NCBI RefSeq assembly: GCF_018350175.1 | Contig: NC_058368.1 | Location: 108,440,001 to 108,504,000, forward strand | Origin: Felis catus | Taxonomy: Eukaryota | Reading direction: 5' to 3' | DNA: 64,000 nt | Shown: positions 35,731-49,007 of the stretch, in pieces | How positions within the stretch are numbered: position 1 is the first letter of the stretch | Layout: each line of letters begins with the position of its first letter | Notes under the pieces: model-generated | What the model saw: only the letters and a program-made list of their open reading frames with translations | Told to the model about the DNA's origin: nothing | Databases searched by the model: none | Made by a program: the position numbers and the translations under genes

Positions 35731-36014
35731 TCTACAGAGGTTTTTAACTAAACTGTATTAGATTTCTCCTAAAAAGAAAAAAAAAAAGAACTTTGGAAAT
35801 TGGAAATGGTGTCCTCAGTAAGAGGTTATTCAGTATTAGAAGAGGGGTCATTCAAAGTCCTGACACAACAATGAGGCTGTAGAATGCAATGGCATTCTGC
35901 ACAAAGATGGGGCAGGGGCGCAGGCATTGCATATCCATACCTTACATGACACAAGTCAGGCACTAAATTCTGGCTGCTGCAACCATACAATATACAGAAA
36001 TGTTCACATCTCTT

Positions 36015-36344
36015 TCTGAGTTTGGGCTGCCATTACAAAATAGCACAGATTCAATGATTTAAACAACATTTCTGGATGCTGGAAGTCCAAAGATCAGGGT
36101 GCCAGCAGGGTCCAGTTCTGATGAGAACTCTCTTCCAGGCAGACAGAGCACTGCCTGTAGCTGCATCCTCACAATCTCTTTTGCTTTTCTTAGAAAGCCA
36201 CTAATGCCATCATGAGGTCCCCACCCTCATCACCTAATCTAACCCTAATTACCTCCCAAAGGCCCATCTCCGAATAGAATCCTATCAGGTGTTTGGGCTT
36301 CAACACAAGGATTTTAGGGAAATACAAACATTCACACCATAACA
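36015..36344. mobile_element. MLT1-type MaLR solo LTR
   Basis: Recalled phrases gggctgccat...ctggaagtccaagatca...cctaattacctcccaaaggcccat...acaaacattca...ataaca. Confidence 0.75.
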
Positions 36345-36454
36345 TCTTTCTTCCAGGCAACAGTGATGAAGCTAACAACAGTATTCAATGTAGGCATATA
36401 CTAAAGTTTAGTCATCTATCACAGTGCTAAATAATTCAAGCCTTACATACTTAC

Positions 36455-36652
36455 AAAATTTGGAGACAAGTTATGCTTATAAAGCTGAAGAGTGGAATGA
36501 AGCAGGTTGGAAACAAGACTGGAAACCAATACTTCCTTTCCCAATTTATTATCTGTCATTCGTCTCTGGCTACTGGCCACTTGAACAGTCCATTTATCCA
36601 TATCTGCTATAATACAGACAGCTTCTGCTATTGGTTCATCCAACACTGGATG
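36455..36652 (-). CDS. FNIP1: FNIP1 exon 16 (198 bp)
   Basis: ttttcAG acceptor and GTAAGT donor. [17 protein letters not shown]...HNLSPNF, phase 0-0. Confidence 0.96.
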
Positions 36653-37133
36653 CTGAAAAGAAGAATTCATTTTAAGATAAGCAAATGAAGTGTTCAAATA
36701 AATGTTAATGAAAATAAGGCAAGGAAGAGATACTAAACAAAAACAGAAAGAAGAATATTAAATTCTGACACCTACTGCCAAAGAATCCTTGACCATGGTA
36801 AATGGAATATTTAATTAACTCAGTAACAAATACCCTGAGATATCTTACAGAAATCGTTATTGGAAAAAAAATTTTTTCTTCAAATCATCATTGGTAGAAA
36901 TTCATTATCAGAAATCTATTCTTTTTTTTTTTTTAATTTTCATTTGAATTGTAGTTAATATACAGTATAATATTAGCTTCAGGTGTAAAATACAGTGAGT
37001 GATTCAACACTTCATTAACATCACCTGGTGCTCATCACCAGTGCCCTCCTTAATTCCCATCATCTGTTTCACCCATCTCTCCACCTACCTCCATTCTGGT
37101 AAGCATCAGTTGGTTGAACTTCGTATTCTTTAA

Positions 37134-37158
37134 ATTTTTTAAAAAATAGTTATTCATT

Positions 37159-37214
<56 letters not shown>

Positions 37215-37399
37215 CACGTGCACATGAGTGGGAAAGGGGCAGAAAGAGAGGGGAACACAGAACTCGAAGCAGGCTCCAGGCTCCACTGTCAGGACAGAGC
37301 CCAACACGGGGCTCGAACTCACAAACAGCGAGATCATAACCTGAGCTGAAGTTGGACACTTAACCACTGAGCCAACCACTAAGCCACCCAGTCGCCCCC
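37134..37399 (-). mobile_element. CAN-SINE with a long (GA)n, next to a carnivore L1 3' tip (36925-37110)
   Basis: TSD-like TGAACTT(C/T)GTATTCTTTAA. Confidence 0.88.
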
Positions 37400-38716
37400 T
37401 GAACTTTGTATTCTTTAATCCAGAAGTTAACTGTCACCAGTCTTTTGATCATTCAATAATTTTACTGAGTGCTAACTACTGTCAGGCAATTGAAAGAAAA
37501 TATTTTTTACCTTGAAAGAGCTAAACATTTACAAAGTATGTCCAAAAGGAATTCTAATGAACAAGTTAATGGTAAGGTTCTGTGCTAACTATCCCACCTT
37601 GTCAGACATTGATTTACTTGAGCACCTCAGGGGCTATCACTTGATTACATGAAATACCTTGCTGCCTATGTTCCCTGGTTTTTCTATTTTACTACAATAT
37701 ACATCCACATTATGAATATAGCAAATTAAAAAGGAAACAAATCACCAAGCACTAACATGGCTCTCCAAGACACAAGGTTAAGTAGGAAAAAAAAGTCAAT
37801 AAACGCCCCGACACATGCACGCACATACACCCCATATACATATTATATCCCAGTTGTTTTTTAAAAATTCGTATCTATATCTAAATTAAAATGTGTAAAG
37901 AAAAGAATGAAAATACTCAAATCAAACTCTATTATGAAGATCTTTGTGAAGAAGTGTGGATGGAATATTAAGAGTATAAAGAAGGATTTCTTTTTGATTT
38001 TGTGTATCTTCATATTGTTTGAATTTCTATCAGAAGCATTTATTTACCTAAGTGACACTCTTATAATTAGAAAGTTTAAGGTAAAATGAAAAATATTTTT
38101 AACTAACATATACTATTAAAAGGACCACAGGCACATGGCTATGCCCTTGGCTTCTCATGGTTTATACACAAAGACCAAAAATGACAATCAAGTACATAGC
38201 ACCACTATTAAAAAGAAATAATGGTCCTAAAGGAAAACAGAAAGAAAAAAGAAATGATGCTCCTACAAGTGCTCAATATTTCAACATCTTTCTACATTTG
38301 AAAAGCTAAGGATTTATTTACTGCTGGCCATATGGAATAGCAGGAATAAAACTGAGATTAAAAATTGTCATTTGAAATACTTTAACCCAATGGCTTTTTT
38401 CCTTTCAAACTTGTACTGTTACCACATTTTATAGCAAAGAATGTAGGTTTGCTCCTTAGTAAACCCAGGTTTGGCACACGGAAAGGATATCCCTTTGCCT
38501 TTGTTAAAGAACAACCACTCTGAATAAAGCCTTTGGCTTGACACTAAGTAAAAAAAGACAATGGAGCTCACAGTCCTGTGTGAGAGATAAAAATAAATAC
38601 AACTGGCTGTAAAAAGACCTACGTGTAACAGAGAAAACAGGCATCAAGTTGGGGGTAGCAGGAGGGCAATAATGGGTTCTGTGTGATTAGGAGTTTTACA
38701 ATAGAAGGAACATAAC

Positions 38717-38933
38717 TTTTTTTTTTTTCAACGTTTTTATTTATTTTTGGGACAGAGAGAGACAGAGCATGAACAGGGGAGGGGCAGAGAGAGAGGGAGA
38801 CACAGAATCGGAAACAGGCTCCAGGCTCTGAGCCATCAGCCCAGAGCCCGACGCGGGGCTTGAACTCACAGACCGCGAGATCGTGACCTGGCTGAAGTCG
38901 GACGCTTAACCGACTGCGCCACCCAGGCGCCCC
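38717..38933 (-). mobile_element. Young SINEC_Fc-type element
   Basis: CpG-rich, perfect TSD GGAACATAACTTTT. Confidence 0.93.
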
Positions 38934-39321
38934 GGAACATAACTTTTAAGTATGTATTGGACTACTGGTAAACAATCAGAGGGGAATATGGATAATTCTG
39001 TAAAAGACAATATCATGAGAAGATTCAAAAGAAAGAAGTAGATACATGTGACTAAATTAGTGAAAAATGATACTGAGAAGTGGGGAAGAAGAAAATAGCA
39101 AAGAAAAAGCCTGGAAAGTTACACTGTGCAAACTTTCCATGAAGCTCTTAAGTTTGTATTTGTTTTTATGAAATAATACTCAAATATTTCTTAATCAACT
39201 TTTACCAAGAATATAACATTTTTCAATTAACCAACTTAATTACTGAAATAAAATTCTGGAAATGGCACATACATCTAAAGATGTAAGCCATACCATACAT
39301 TTTTAAGAAACAAGATAACAG

Positions 39322-39815
39322 AGGTGCCTGGGTGGCTCAGTTGGTTAAGTGTCCAACTCTTCATTTTGGCTCAGGTTATGATCTCATGGTTTCTGAGATC
39401 CAGCCCTGCATCGGGCTTTGCACTGACAACAGGGAGCCTGCTTGGGATTCTCTCTTTCTCTTTCTGCCTCTCTCCCACTCACTCTCTCTCTCAAAATAAA
39501 CTTAAAAAAAAAAAAGATATAAACGTATATTTTAATGTAAGTATCTCTATGGTTATAAAAGAAAAATAAGGCAGGAGGTATGATCAAAAAACCAAAGTGG
39601 AGGGGCGCCTGGGTGGCTCAGTCAGTTAAGCGTCTGACTTTGGCTCAGGTCATGATCTCATGGTCTGTGAGTTCGAGCCCTGCGTCGGGCTCTGTGCTGA
39701 TAGCTCAGAGCCTGGAGCCTGTTTCAGATTCTGTCTCCTTCTCTCTGCCCCTCCCCCACTCTCACTCTGTCTCTGTCTCAAAAATAAATAAACATTAAAA
39801 AAAATTAAAAAAAAA
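39322..39815 (+). mobile_element. Two CAN-SINEs (39322-39516, 39602-39815)
   Basis: Two heads and two poly(A) tails. Confidence 0.9.
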
Positions 39816-40740
39816 ACAACTGAAATAACAAACTGTTAAAGGCAGATACTACTTTCAAGAGCAGTGGGCATCTTCAGGAGATTAAAATTATGAAGGGGAT
39901 ACATCCATTATTGTCACAAGGAAATGCCTAAACAGATAATGGGGGAACTACTATAAAATATACCTTGTTTAAAAGGTTATAAACCTTAGAAATTAACCTT
40001 ACCGCTCTTCAATCAAAAGGCATGTGGCTAAGATTTTTCATTTTTGTTTGTTTTTCCCTCAAATTTTTATTCAAATTCCAGTTAGTTAACATACAGTGTA
40101 ATATTAGTTTCAGGTATGAAATTTAATGACTCATCATTTCCATGCAACACCCAGTGCTCGTGGCAACAAGTGCCCTCCTTAATCCCCATCACCTATTTCA
40201 TCCATCCTCCCCTCCCACCTCCACTCTAGTTTGCTCTCCATAGTTAAGAGTCTGTTTCTTGGTTTGCCTCTCCATATATTTGTTGTTTTTAAATGTATCT
40301 AACCCAAATCTATAAAAGCTATTTTTTTGGTAAGGAAAAGGAAAATGGTCCCAGGTTGGTAGTCTCCCAAGTGAGAAGGGTCTAAATTCCAAGCTTATGA
40401 TCAGAAATAATTCAAATCAAACTTGCTTTAGAAGTTGTTAAAAAAAAACACAAAGTTGAAGGCAGTGACAGTCATTCATTTTGACTGCTTGTTTTCATTT
40501 AATGCACTGTCATATGCAATGTTCTAATCTGATAAAATTTCAATTTAAACAATCCTAGTCTTTCTCTTCATCATCAACTTCTAGAAAAGAGAGACTATAT
40601 AGCAAATGGGAGAATATTCTCAGGGCAGACCTTGTAGTGGCCTCTTCCACAACCTTAATTAAGCTTGTATCCTGCTTCAGATACTTCCTAGTCATAAAAT
40701 GGAAAGTAGTTTATGTGAGAAACAGTAAATATAAAGACTT

Positions 40741-40930
40741 CTTTTTCTTTAATTTGTTTTTGAGAGAAAGAGAAAGCATAAGTGGAGGAGGGGCAGAGAG
40801 AAAGGGAGAATCCCAAGCAGGCTCCGCACTGTCAGCACAGAATCCAACACGGGGCTTAAACCCACAAACCATGAGACCATGATCTGAGTCAAAGTTGGAT
40901 GCTTAACCAACTGAGCCACCCAGGCGCCCC
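40741..40930 (-). mobile_element. CAN-SINE
   Basis: Reverse head. Confidence 0.88.
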
Positions 40931-41319
40931 ATGAAGCCTTATTTTTCTTAAACCTTCTTTTCTGAGTTTCGTGACTTCTACAGCACACATTCATCCTCAA
41001 TCTTGCCAGCCTTTTTTTCTCTCCCAGCCATTTCCAGAATGTCAACACATAAACCCCCAAATCTCTTCTCTAGCAGATACTCCTACATCTCCACCCCTTT
41101 ACAAAACCTCATTATTCAGTCGCCTACTAGCTATTCAAACATGGCCTTGTAAATTGCACTTTTAAACTAAAAATGTACCAACTTAACTTCAGTGTACTGT
41201 CCTCAAAACTAGCCACTTTCTTCAATTACTTTTCAAAATAAAAATGAGACCCACAATGCTGCGGAGCAAACAGGTCTTAGAGACACTGCAAATTGCTGTT
41301 TAAACTGGCATTGCCTTTT

Positions 41320-41545
41320 GGGGTGCCTGGGTGGCTCAGTCGGTTAACCATCGACTTCGGCTCAGGTCATGATCTCGCGGTCCATGAGTTCGAGCCCCGT
41401 GTCAGGCTCTGTGCTGACAGCTCAGAGCCTGGAGCTTGCTTCGGATTCTGTGTCTCCCTCTCTCTCTGCCCCTCCCATGCTCATGATCTGTCTCTCTCTG
41501 TCTCTAAATAATAAATAGATGTTAAAAAAATAAACAAACAAACAA
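41320..41545 (+). mobile_element. CAN-SINE
   Basis: TSD AAACT(G/A)GCATTGCCTTTTGG. Confidence 0.92.
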
Positions 41546-41749
41546 ACTAGCATTGCCTTTTGGAGAAGAAACTAACCAACATACATCAAGAACACGAAAA
41601 TAATCCTAATCTTAAAAGCTGGCCAATAACCCTATTTCTGAGAATCTAGCCTAAAAGAAATAATCTTAAAGTCTTTTAAAACACAGAGACAGTATTAATG
41701 TTATTTATAACAGTAAAAGGAATAAAACCTTTTAAAAGTTGAGCAATAG

Positions 41750-43130
41750 AGAATAGAGAACCCAGAAATAAACTCATGCATAATGTTCAATTAATTTATG
41801 ATAAAGGAGACAAGACTACACAATGCAGACAGGATACTCTTCAAGAAATGGTGCTGAGGAAACTAGATAGTCACATGCAAAGGAATGAAACCAGATCCCT
41901 ATCATACACCATACACAAGATTCAAACCAGATTATAGCCTTGAACAAAGAACCCAAAAGCATAAAAATCCTAGAAGAACATGAGGAGTAAGCTCTTTGAC
42001 ACTGGTCTTGGCAATGATTTTTTGGACTTGACACCAAAAAGCCAAGGCAATAAAAGCAAACTAAACTAAAAGGTTGCTGCACAGCAAATGAAACCAGAAG
42101 CAAAATGAAAAAGCAGCATATGTATGGAATGGGAGAAAATATCTGCAAACTATGTTATCAGATAAGAAGTTAAAATCTAAAATATATAAAGAATCATATA
42201 ACTCAATAGCAAAGGAAAAAAAAATCCCTAACAATCATGGGCAGAGAAACTGAAATGACATTTTTCCAAAGAAGACATACAAATGACCAACAGATACATA
42301 AGAAGGTGCTCAACATCTCTAATTGTTAAGGAAACACAAATCTAAACCACAATGAGATATCACCTCAAACCTGTCAAACAAGTGTTGGCAAGGGTGTGAA
42401 GAAAAGAGAACACTTGTGCATTGTTGGCAGGAATGTATATTGGTACAGTCACTATGGCAAACAGCATGGAGGCTCCTCAAAAAGTCAAAAACAGGACTAC
42501 CATATCATCCAGCAATACCACTTCTGGGTATGCATATATTCAAAAGACATAAGCAGGCTATCAAAGAAATATCTGCACTCTCATGTTCACTGCACCATTA
42601 TTCACAATAGCCAAGACAGGGAAACAACCTAGTTTCCATCAACAGATGAATGGATAAAGAAGATGTGGGGGGCACCTGGGTGGCTCAATGGGCTTAGGGT
42701 ACATCTTTTGATTTTGGCTCACGGTTTTGTGGATTCAAGCCCCATGTTAGCCTCCACGTTGACAGCAGAGAGCCTACTTGGGATTCTCCCTCTCCCTCTC
42801 CCTCTGCCCCTCCTGCTTGGGATTCTCCTTTTCTCTCTGCCCCTCCTCTGCTCATGCTCTCTCTCAAAATAAATAAACTTAAAAAAAAAATTTTTTTTAA
42901 ATATGTGATACACACACACACACACACACACACAGAATACTATTCAGCCATTTGCAACAATATGAATGGACCTTGAGGGCATCATGCTAAGTGAACTAAG
43001 TCAGTTGGATGTTAACTAAACATATTATTGCGGTAGTCATTTTGCAATATATACATATATCCAATCATTATGTTGTACCCCTTAAACTAATACGTTGTGA
43101 ATCATATTTTGAAATAAAAGTGGAAAAAAG
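41750..43130 (+). mobile_element. 5'-truncated L1 (ORF2 3' end plus 3'UTR) with a nested SINE at 42667-42890
   Basis: L1 ORF2 C-terminal phrases; TSD AAAGTTGAGCAATAG (41735-41749 / 43131-43145). Confidence 0.88.
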
Positions 43131-43295
43131 AAAGTTGAGCAATAGGAGAATGGTTAGAAAAACTAACCATATAGCAAAACAATGGAATAACCAACAAACA
43201 TTAAAAACAGTATTTACAAAATATGTTAATAATATGGGGATATTCTCTTACATCAACTGTTAACTAACAAAACAGAATTCAAAACATTAAATACA

Positions 43296-43510
43296 GGGGC
43301 GCCTGGGTGGCTCAGTCAGTTAAGTGTCCGACTTCAGATCAGGTCATGATCTGACAGTTCGTGAGTTCTAGCCCCACGTCAGGATCTGTGCTCACAGTCT
43401 CAGAGCGTGAAGTCTATTCAGATTCTGGATTCTGTATTTCCCTCTCTCTCTGCCCCTCCCCCACTTGCACTCTGTCTACATCTTTCTCAAAAATAAACAA
43501 ACATTAAAAA
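43296..43510 (+). mobile_element. CAN-SINE followed by TA-rich low-complexity sequence to ~43820
   Basis: Head and CT tract; (TA)n-like stretch. Confidence 0.88.
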
Positions 43511-44483
43511 GAAATTATACATACTGTATATATATATATATATATACACACACAAGGTACATATGCATTTTATATACATGTATAATATATATAAATATGT
43601 ATTTATACATAAAAATGTAAATTTTAGTGATTTACTATATTGCAGAAAAATTATGGCAAATCTAGATAAAAAATAAAGTTTGTGGGGGGGAATGATCAAA
43701 ACCATATATACATATATATACTATATATAAAAAATATGTATATGTATATATAAAAGTCCCCAATTAGGTACATATATAAAATGTATATATATATACACAC
43801 ACATACCAATACACACATAGAATAACAACAATGACAAGAAGCTGTAAGATACAAAGAACCTAATATATACAACACACCACACAGTATAACTCTGGTATAT
43901 AAACATTAGTATTGCTTTCATTATAGCCAAGGAAATCTAGGTTCCATAAGATTAAATATCTTGTCTTAGGATTCACAGATAGGAAGTGGCAAAGTTTGGG
44001 TTTTATCAGATGCCACATACTACATAATGACTGGAAGAGGTTTTTATATTAAGAATGTCTGCCACTTCATGGTAGAGCTGGGAAAACTTGTTTTCAGCTT
44101 CCTACATATTTCAGTATTTTATATATAGTAAATATACATTGATTTGGTAATGAGAAAAATGCCTCTTTTCTTAGAAAGTGAGGAGAAAAAGAAAAGACAC
44201 TCCACGATATAGTTCAGAAGAATAAGACTGTATTGTTTTTTAAGTACTATCCTCATGATTTATGTATTAAAAACTCCTACATGGTTTTCCATATAGGTGC
44301 ATGAGAAATCATTCTCATGTTAAATGTAATGTTGATAAATTATAAGCACACAGTAATTAAAACCATCAAATATAAACCTTAAACATGAATACAGAAAAAT
44401 GAATGACAGAAGATTCAATCTCTTAATTCTGAGATTAAGTTTAGTATTTTAGTTTTCACTTCCTCATTAAATTTTCTGTAATC

Positions 44484-44673
44484 TGGGGCACCTGGATGGC
44501 TCAGTTCGTTAAGCATCCGACTCTTGATTTCAGCTCTCAGGTCATAGTCTCTGGGTTTGTGGGACTGAGCCCCATGTCAGGCTCTGCAATGACAGCTCAG
44601 GGACTCTCTCTCTCTGCCCCTCCCCCTCTTGCACATGCTCTCTCTCTCTCTCAAAATAAATAAACTTAAAAAA
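44484..44673 (+). mobile_element. CAN-SINE
   Basis: TSD-like CTGTAATCTG. Confidence 0.88.
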
Positions 44674-44953
44674 CTTTTACTGTAATCTGCTTTGATAATA
44701 AAATATCTTCTATAGCTAAATGAAAATATAAGAAGAAAAGACTATAAACTATAACTAAATGAAAATATAAGGAGAGGGCAGAAGACAGAAAGCTTACTTT
44801 TTACACCACAGTGGAATGACTCCAAGAGCAACAGAAGTACGACCGCTAATAATAAGTCTTGCAAGCTTTGTTTTTGTAATGCCAATTTGCTGTTTTATTT
44901 GCATTAACTTCGTACATCTGTTCTAGAGATGGTATGTTTCAGGGATGGTGTTT

Positions 44954-44957
<4 letters not shown>

Positions 44958-44998
<41 letters not shown>
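44958..44998. repeat. (TG)n microsatellite
   Basis: About 20 units at a SINE tail; it is (CA)n on the FNIP1 pre-mRNA. Confidence 0.93.
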
Positions 44999-45000
<2 letters not shown>

Positions 45001-45002
45001 TC

Positions 45003-45215
45003 TTTTTTAAAGTTTATTCATTTTGAGAAAGAGAGAGAGCACACATGTGCAGAGTAAAGGGCACAGAGAGAGAGAGGGAGAGAGAGAATCCTAAACAGGC
45101 TCTGCACTGTCAGCACAGAACCTGACACAGGGCTTGAACTCATAAACCATGAGACCATGACCTGAACAGAAATCAAGAGTTGGAGGCTTAACTAACTGAG
45201 CCACCCAGGTGACCC
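45003..45215 (-). mobile_element. CAN-SINE
   Basis: Reverse head. Confidence 0.88.
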
Positions 45216-46054
45216 AGTGTTTTGTATATATTAAGCACAGAAGCTTAAAAGCATTACTAAAGGCAGATCAGGACTGACTTCTAGCTCTGCCATTCCCTAT
45301 CTAATGTAACTCTCTGTGCTATGTCTGAAATATACGAATGATAAAAATAAGTATCATAAAATTATTACCATAAAATTAGGTGAGGTATTACATTTAAGTC
45401 CCTCGCACATATTAAGGCTACAATAAAAACTGCTTATTACTATTAATATTCCTTCTCTTCCTAAGGTAAAACCCTTAAAACAGAAATGTTTTGTTTTCAA
45501 TAGGAGACAGTCACCCCTTCCAAAGCGAGGCTTCCAGAGACAGTATCAAAGTACACAGTGTGTGCTAATGGGTACAGATGAAGGGAAAAAAGAGACTGAA
45601 TAACTAAGATAAGACATAAAGACAAGAGGACACAGTGCATTAGAAGGATCCACATTGGATTTCCTAACCAAGTATTTCAACAAATGTTTACTACATACTA
45701 CATCAGCAGCAGGACAGAAGTGAAACAAAAAAACCCAAAAACCAGAAATGGAGGCTGTACTCTGAAGGACAAACACCACTAACTGATATAAATTGTTTCC
45801 TGTAAAGCATTCAATTACTTTTTATTATCTTTCTCAGGCATGTATTTTTTTATGTATTATACTACACTTATTCATATACTTCCCTAACTTGAGAGTGAGT
45901 AAATAACTTGAGATCAGAAGCTATTTCTTTTTCATCTATATATCCCATGGACTATTCGCACCATGTTCAGAACATAGTATGTCAATAAACATTTATCTGA
46001 TTGGTGTTAAAGGTTTGAGCAAGATGGCTTTTAAATATAAAGAACATGAGTTTT

Positions 46055-46209
46055 GGGGTGCCTGGGTGGCTCGGTTCGTTGGGTGTCTGACTCTTGATTT
46101 CGGCTCAGGTCATGATCTCACAATTTGTGGGAGCAAGCCCCATGTCGGGCTCTGAGCTAACAGTGCAGAGCCTGCTTGGGATTCTCTCTCTCCTCTGTCC
46201 CTCCCTCGC

Positions 46210-46289
<80 letters not shown>

Positions 46290-46310
46290 AAAATAAATTA
46301 ATTAAAAAAA
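46055..46310 (+). mobile_element. CAN-SINE with an internal (CA)n(CT)n
   Basis: Head, microsatellite, tail. Confidence 0.88.
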
Positions 46311-46589
46311 ACAAGTCTTGATAAGTTTTCTTTCAAACTTTGTTTTTATCTAGATTTTTCATATTTCCCTACTATATAATAAAACACCAAAGTTTACAAC
46401 TTTAGATAATTTACTACCAACACAACAGGTTTAAACCTTTCTGGCTAAAATTAAGGGACTGCTTGCTCACTGAGCCATATTTTCTCACTCATGATTTCCC
46501 CGTTGACTTTCTCTATTCCTTGTTGCTGTTGTTCTCACAGGGGAAAGGGGGAAGGTTTTGTTAAAAAAATTTATTAGAGTGATACATGG

Positions 46590-48560
46590 GATTAAAGAAA
46601 GAAACAGAAAATTCAACAAAGGTGGAGACTTCAATACTCCATGCTCACTAAACAATGGAACAACTAGACAAAATCAGCAAGGACGTAGAAACCTAAATAA
46701 GCCATCAACCAACTTGACTGGACATCTATAGTACACTGTGCCCAACAACAGCTGACTGTTTTTTTCAACTACACATGGAACAAGATACACCACATGCGGG
46801 GCCATAAAACAAGACTCAATAAATTTAAAAGGACTAAACTCATACAACGTTTGTTCTCTGACCACAATGGAACTAATTTAGGAATCAAGAAAAGGAAATT
46901 TAAGAATTCTACAAATATATGGGGATTAAAAACATACTTCTACATAACCCCTGGGTCAAAGAAATGGGAAGACAAATTTGAAAATATTTTGAAGTGAATG
47001 AAAACAAAAACAACATGTCAAAATCTATGAACTTTGGGTAAAGTAGTGTTCAGAGGACAATTTAGAGCTAAATGCATACATTTGAAAAGAAAGAATGCTT
47101 CAAATTAATAACCTAAGCTTCCACCTTAACAAAAAAGAGCAAACTAAATTCACAGCAAGCAGAGGGAAGCAATAATAAAGATTAGGATAGGAAACAATGA
47201 AACAAAAGACAGAAAAAGAGAGAAAACTCAGTGAAAACAAAAGTTGAACAAAATTAACACACAAGGATAAGGAATCAGCAAACTTTTTCTATAAAGGACA
47301 AGACAAAATATTTTAGGCTTTAAAGACTATAAGGTCTCTGTTTCAAGGACTCAACTCTGCTGGTGAAGTAAGAAAACAGTCACAGAATATATAAATGTGT
47401 GTGGTCATGTTCCAATGTAACAAGCCTATTGTCCCATGGGCCACAGCCTATTCATCTTTGATACATAAGGGCCCAAAATAACTATTAGGAAGTCAAGCCA
47501 TGAATGAACTCTTCTTTGGAATATTCCACTTTTAGGAGGGGAAAAAAAAAGGAAAAACACAGATTGTAAGAATCAGGAATGAAAGAAGGGAGATATGAAC
47601 CATCTTATCCCAACTAATAAATCAGATCACTTAAATGTAAATAATTCCCAGAAAGACAAAAATTATCAAAATTGACTCAGGAAGAAATAGAAAATTGGAA
47701 TAGATCTGGAACAAGAAGTTGAATCAGTAATTTAAAAATTCTTACTTTACAAAGTCCAGGTCCAAATTACTTCACAGGTGAATTCTATCAAACATTTGGA
47801 GAAAAAAATAATACCAATTCTCCAGAAACTCTTCCAGGAAACAGAGAAAGGAGTATGTCCCACCTCATTCCATAAGGCAAGTATTATTCTGATATTAAAG
47901 CTACGCAAATATATCACAACAAAAATACAGACTAATATCCCTCATGAATACAGATTCCAAAATCCATACCAAAATATTAGCAAATCATATCCAATAATAT
48001 ATAAAAGAACTATATGGGATTTTTTTCCCAGGAATACAAGAGTTGGTTAACATCTAAAAATCAATCAATGTAATCTATCACATTAACAGTTTAAAGAAGA
48101 AAACCAAACGATCATTTAAAGGTGGGGGGGATGAAAAAACTAGGAATAGGAGGAAACTTTTTCCATCTGATAAAGGGCATCTATAAGAATCCTACAGCTA
48201 ACATCATACTAAACAATGAAAGACTTGATGTTTTCCCCTAATATCAGGAAAAAGACAAGTCTGTCCACTATCAGCAGTTCTATGCAACTCTAGTGAAGGT
48301 TCTAGGCTGTAAAATCAGGCAAGAAAGACACAGTGTATCCACATGGGAAAGGAAAATGTAAAACTGTCTATTCATTGATGACATGAACCTATATGTAGAA
48401 AAACCTAAGGAATCCAGACACAAAACTTTAGTAACTAGTAAATGAGTTCAGCAGGGCAGATGAATGTAAGATCAATATACAAAAATCAAAGGTACTTCTA
48501 TATACAAGCAATGAACAATCTGAAAATGAAATTAAGAAAATAACTGCATTCACATTTAAG
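46590..48560 (+). mobile_element. Decayed L1 ORF2 fragment (endonuclease to RT), interrupted by a MER58-like element at ~47270-47460
   Basis: GDFNTP-like ggagacttcaatactcca, GHKTRLNKFK and IIPILQKLFQ remnants, with many frameshifts. Confidence 0.82.
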
Positions 48561-48838
48561 CATTTACAATTTTTTTGATACCATAAATGATCTGACAATG
48601 AACATCCATGAATATATATAATACTCTCCGCATTTCACATTTCTGTTTGCATAGATTCCTGAAACTCTCTACTTGCTTTCATGGTGACAGGCACAAACAT
48701 GCAGGTGCAAAAGTGACAGATTCAGAGTACAGTGACTGGTACATAGTAAAGTATGACCAAAAATACAAGATAATTTGGGGTTCTGTCAGTAAACAAAGTT
48801 CATTCTAAATACATTCAAGAGCAGGGAAGGTAACTCAC

Positions 48839-49007
48839 CTGCACAGCATGAGACAAATCTGACACCAGACACTGACGGAGCCTCTCATCACTACCAATTC
48901 CTTGAAGAACAAAGTCAGGCACATAAGATGAGCAGTAGCCACCCAACAAGGACCTCCCAAAGTTGGCAATGTTGGGCTGAACAGCACTCACTTCAATTAA
49001 CTTTGAC
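48839..49007 (-). CDS. FNIP1: FNIP1 exon 15 (169 bp)
   Basis: ttccAG acceptor and GTGAGT donor. [25 protein letters not shown]...SHAVQ. Confidence 0.96.

Noticed and set aside
44710..44771. 23-bp near-direct repeat CTATA(G/A)CTAAATGAAAATATAAG
   Set aside because: Only two copies in AT-rich DNA; a small local duplication with no array structure or evident function.
46590..48560. Functional reverse transcriptase/endonuclease
   Set aside because: An L1 ORF2 relic with many stops, frameshifts and an inserted DNA transposon.
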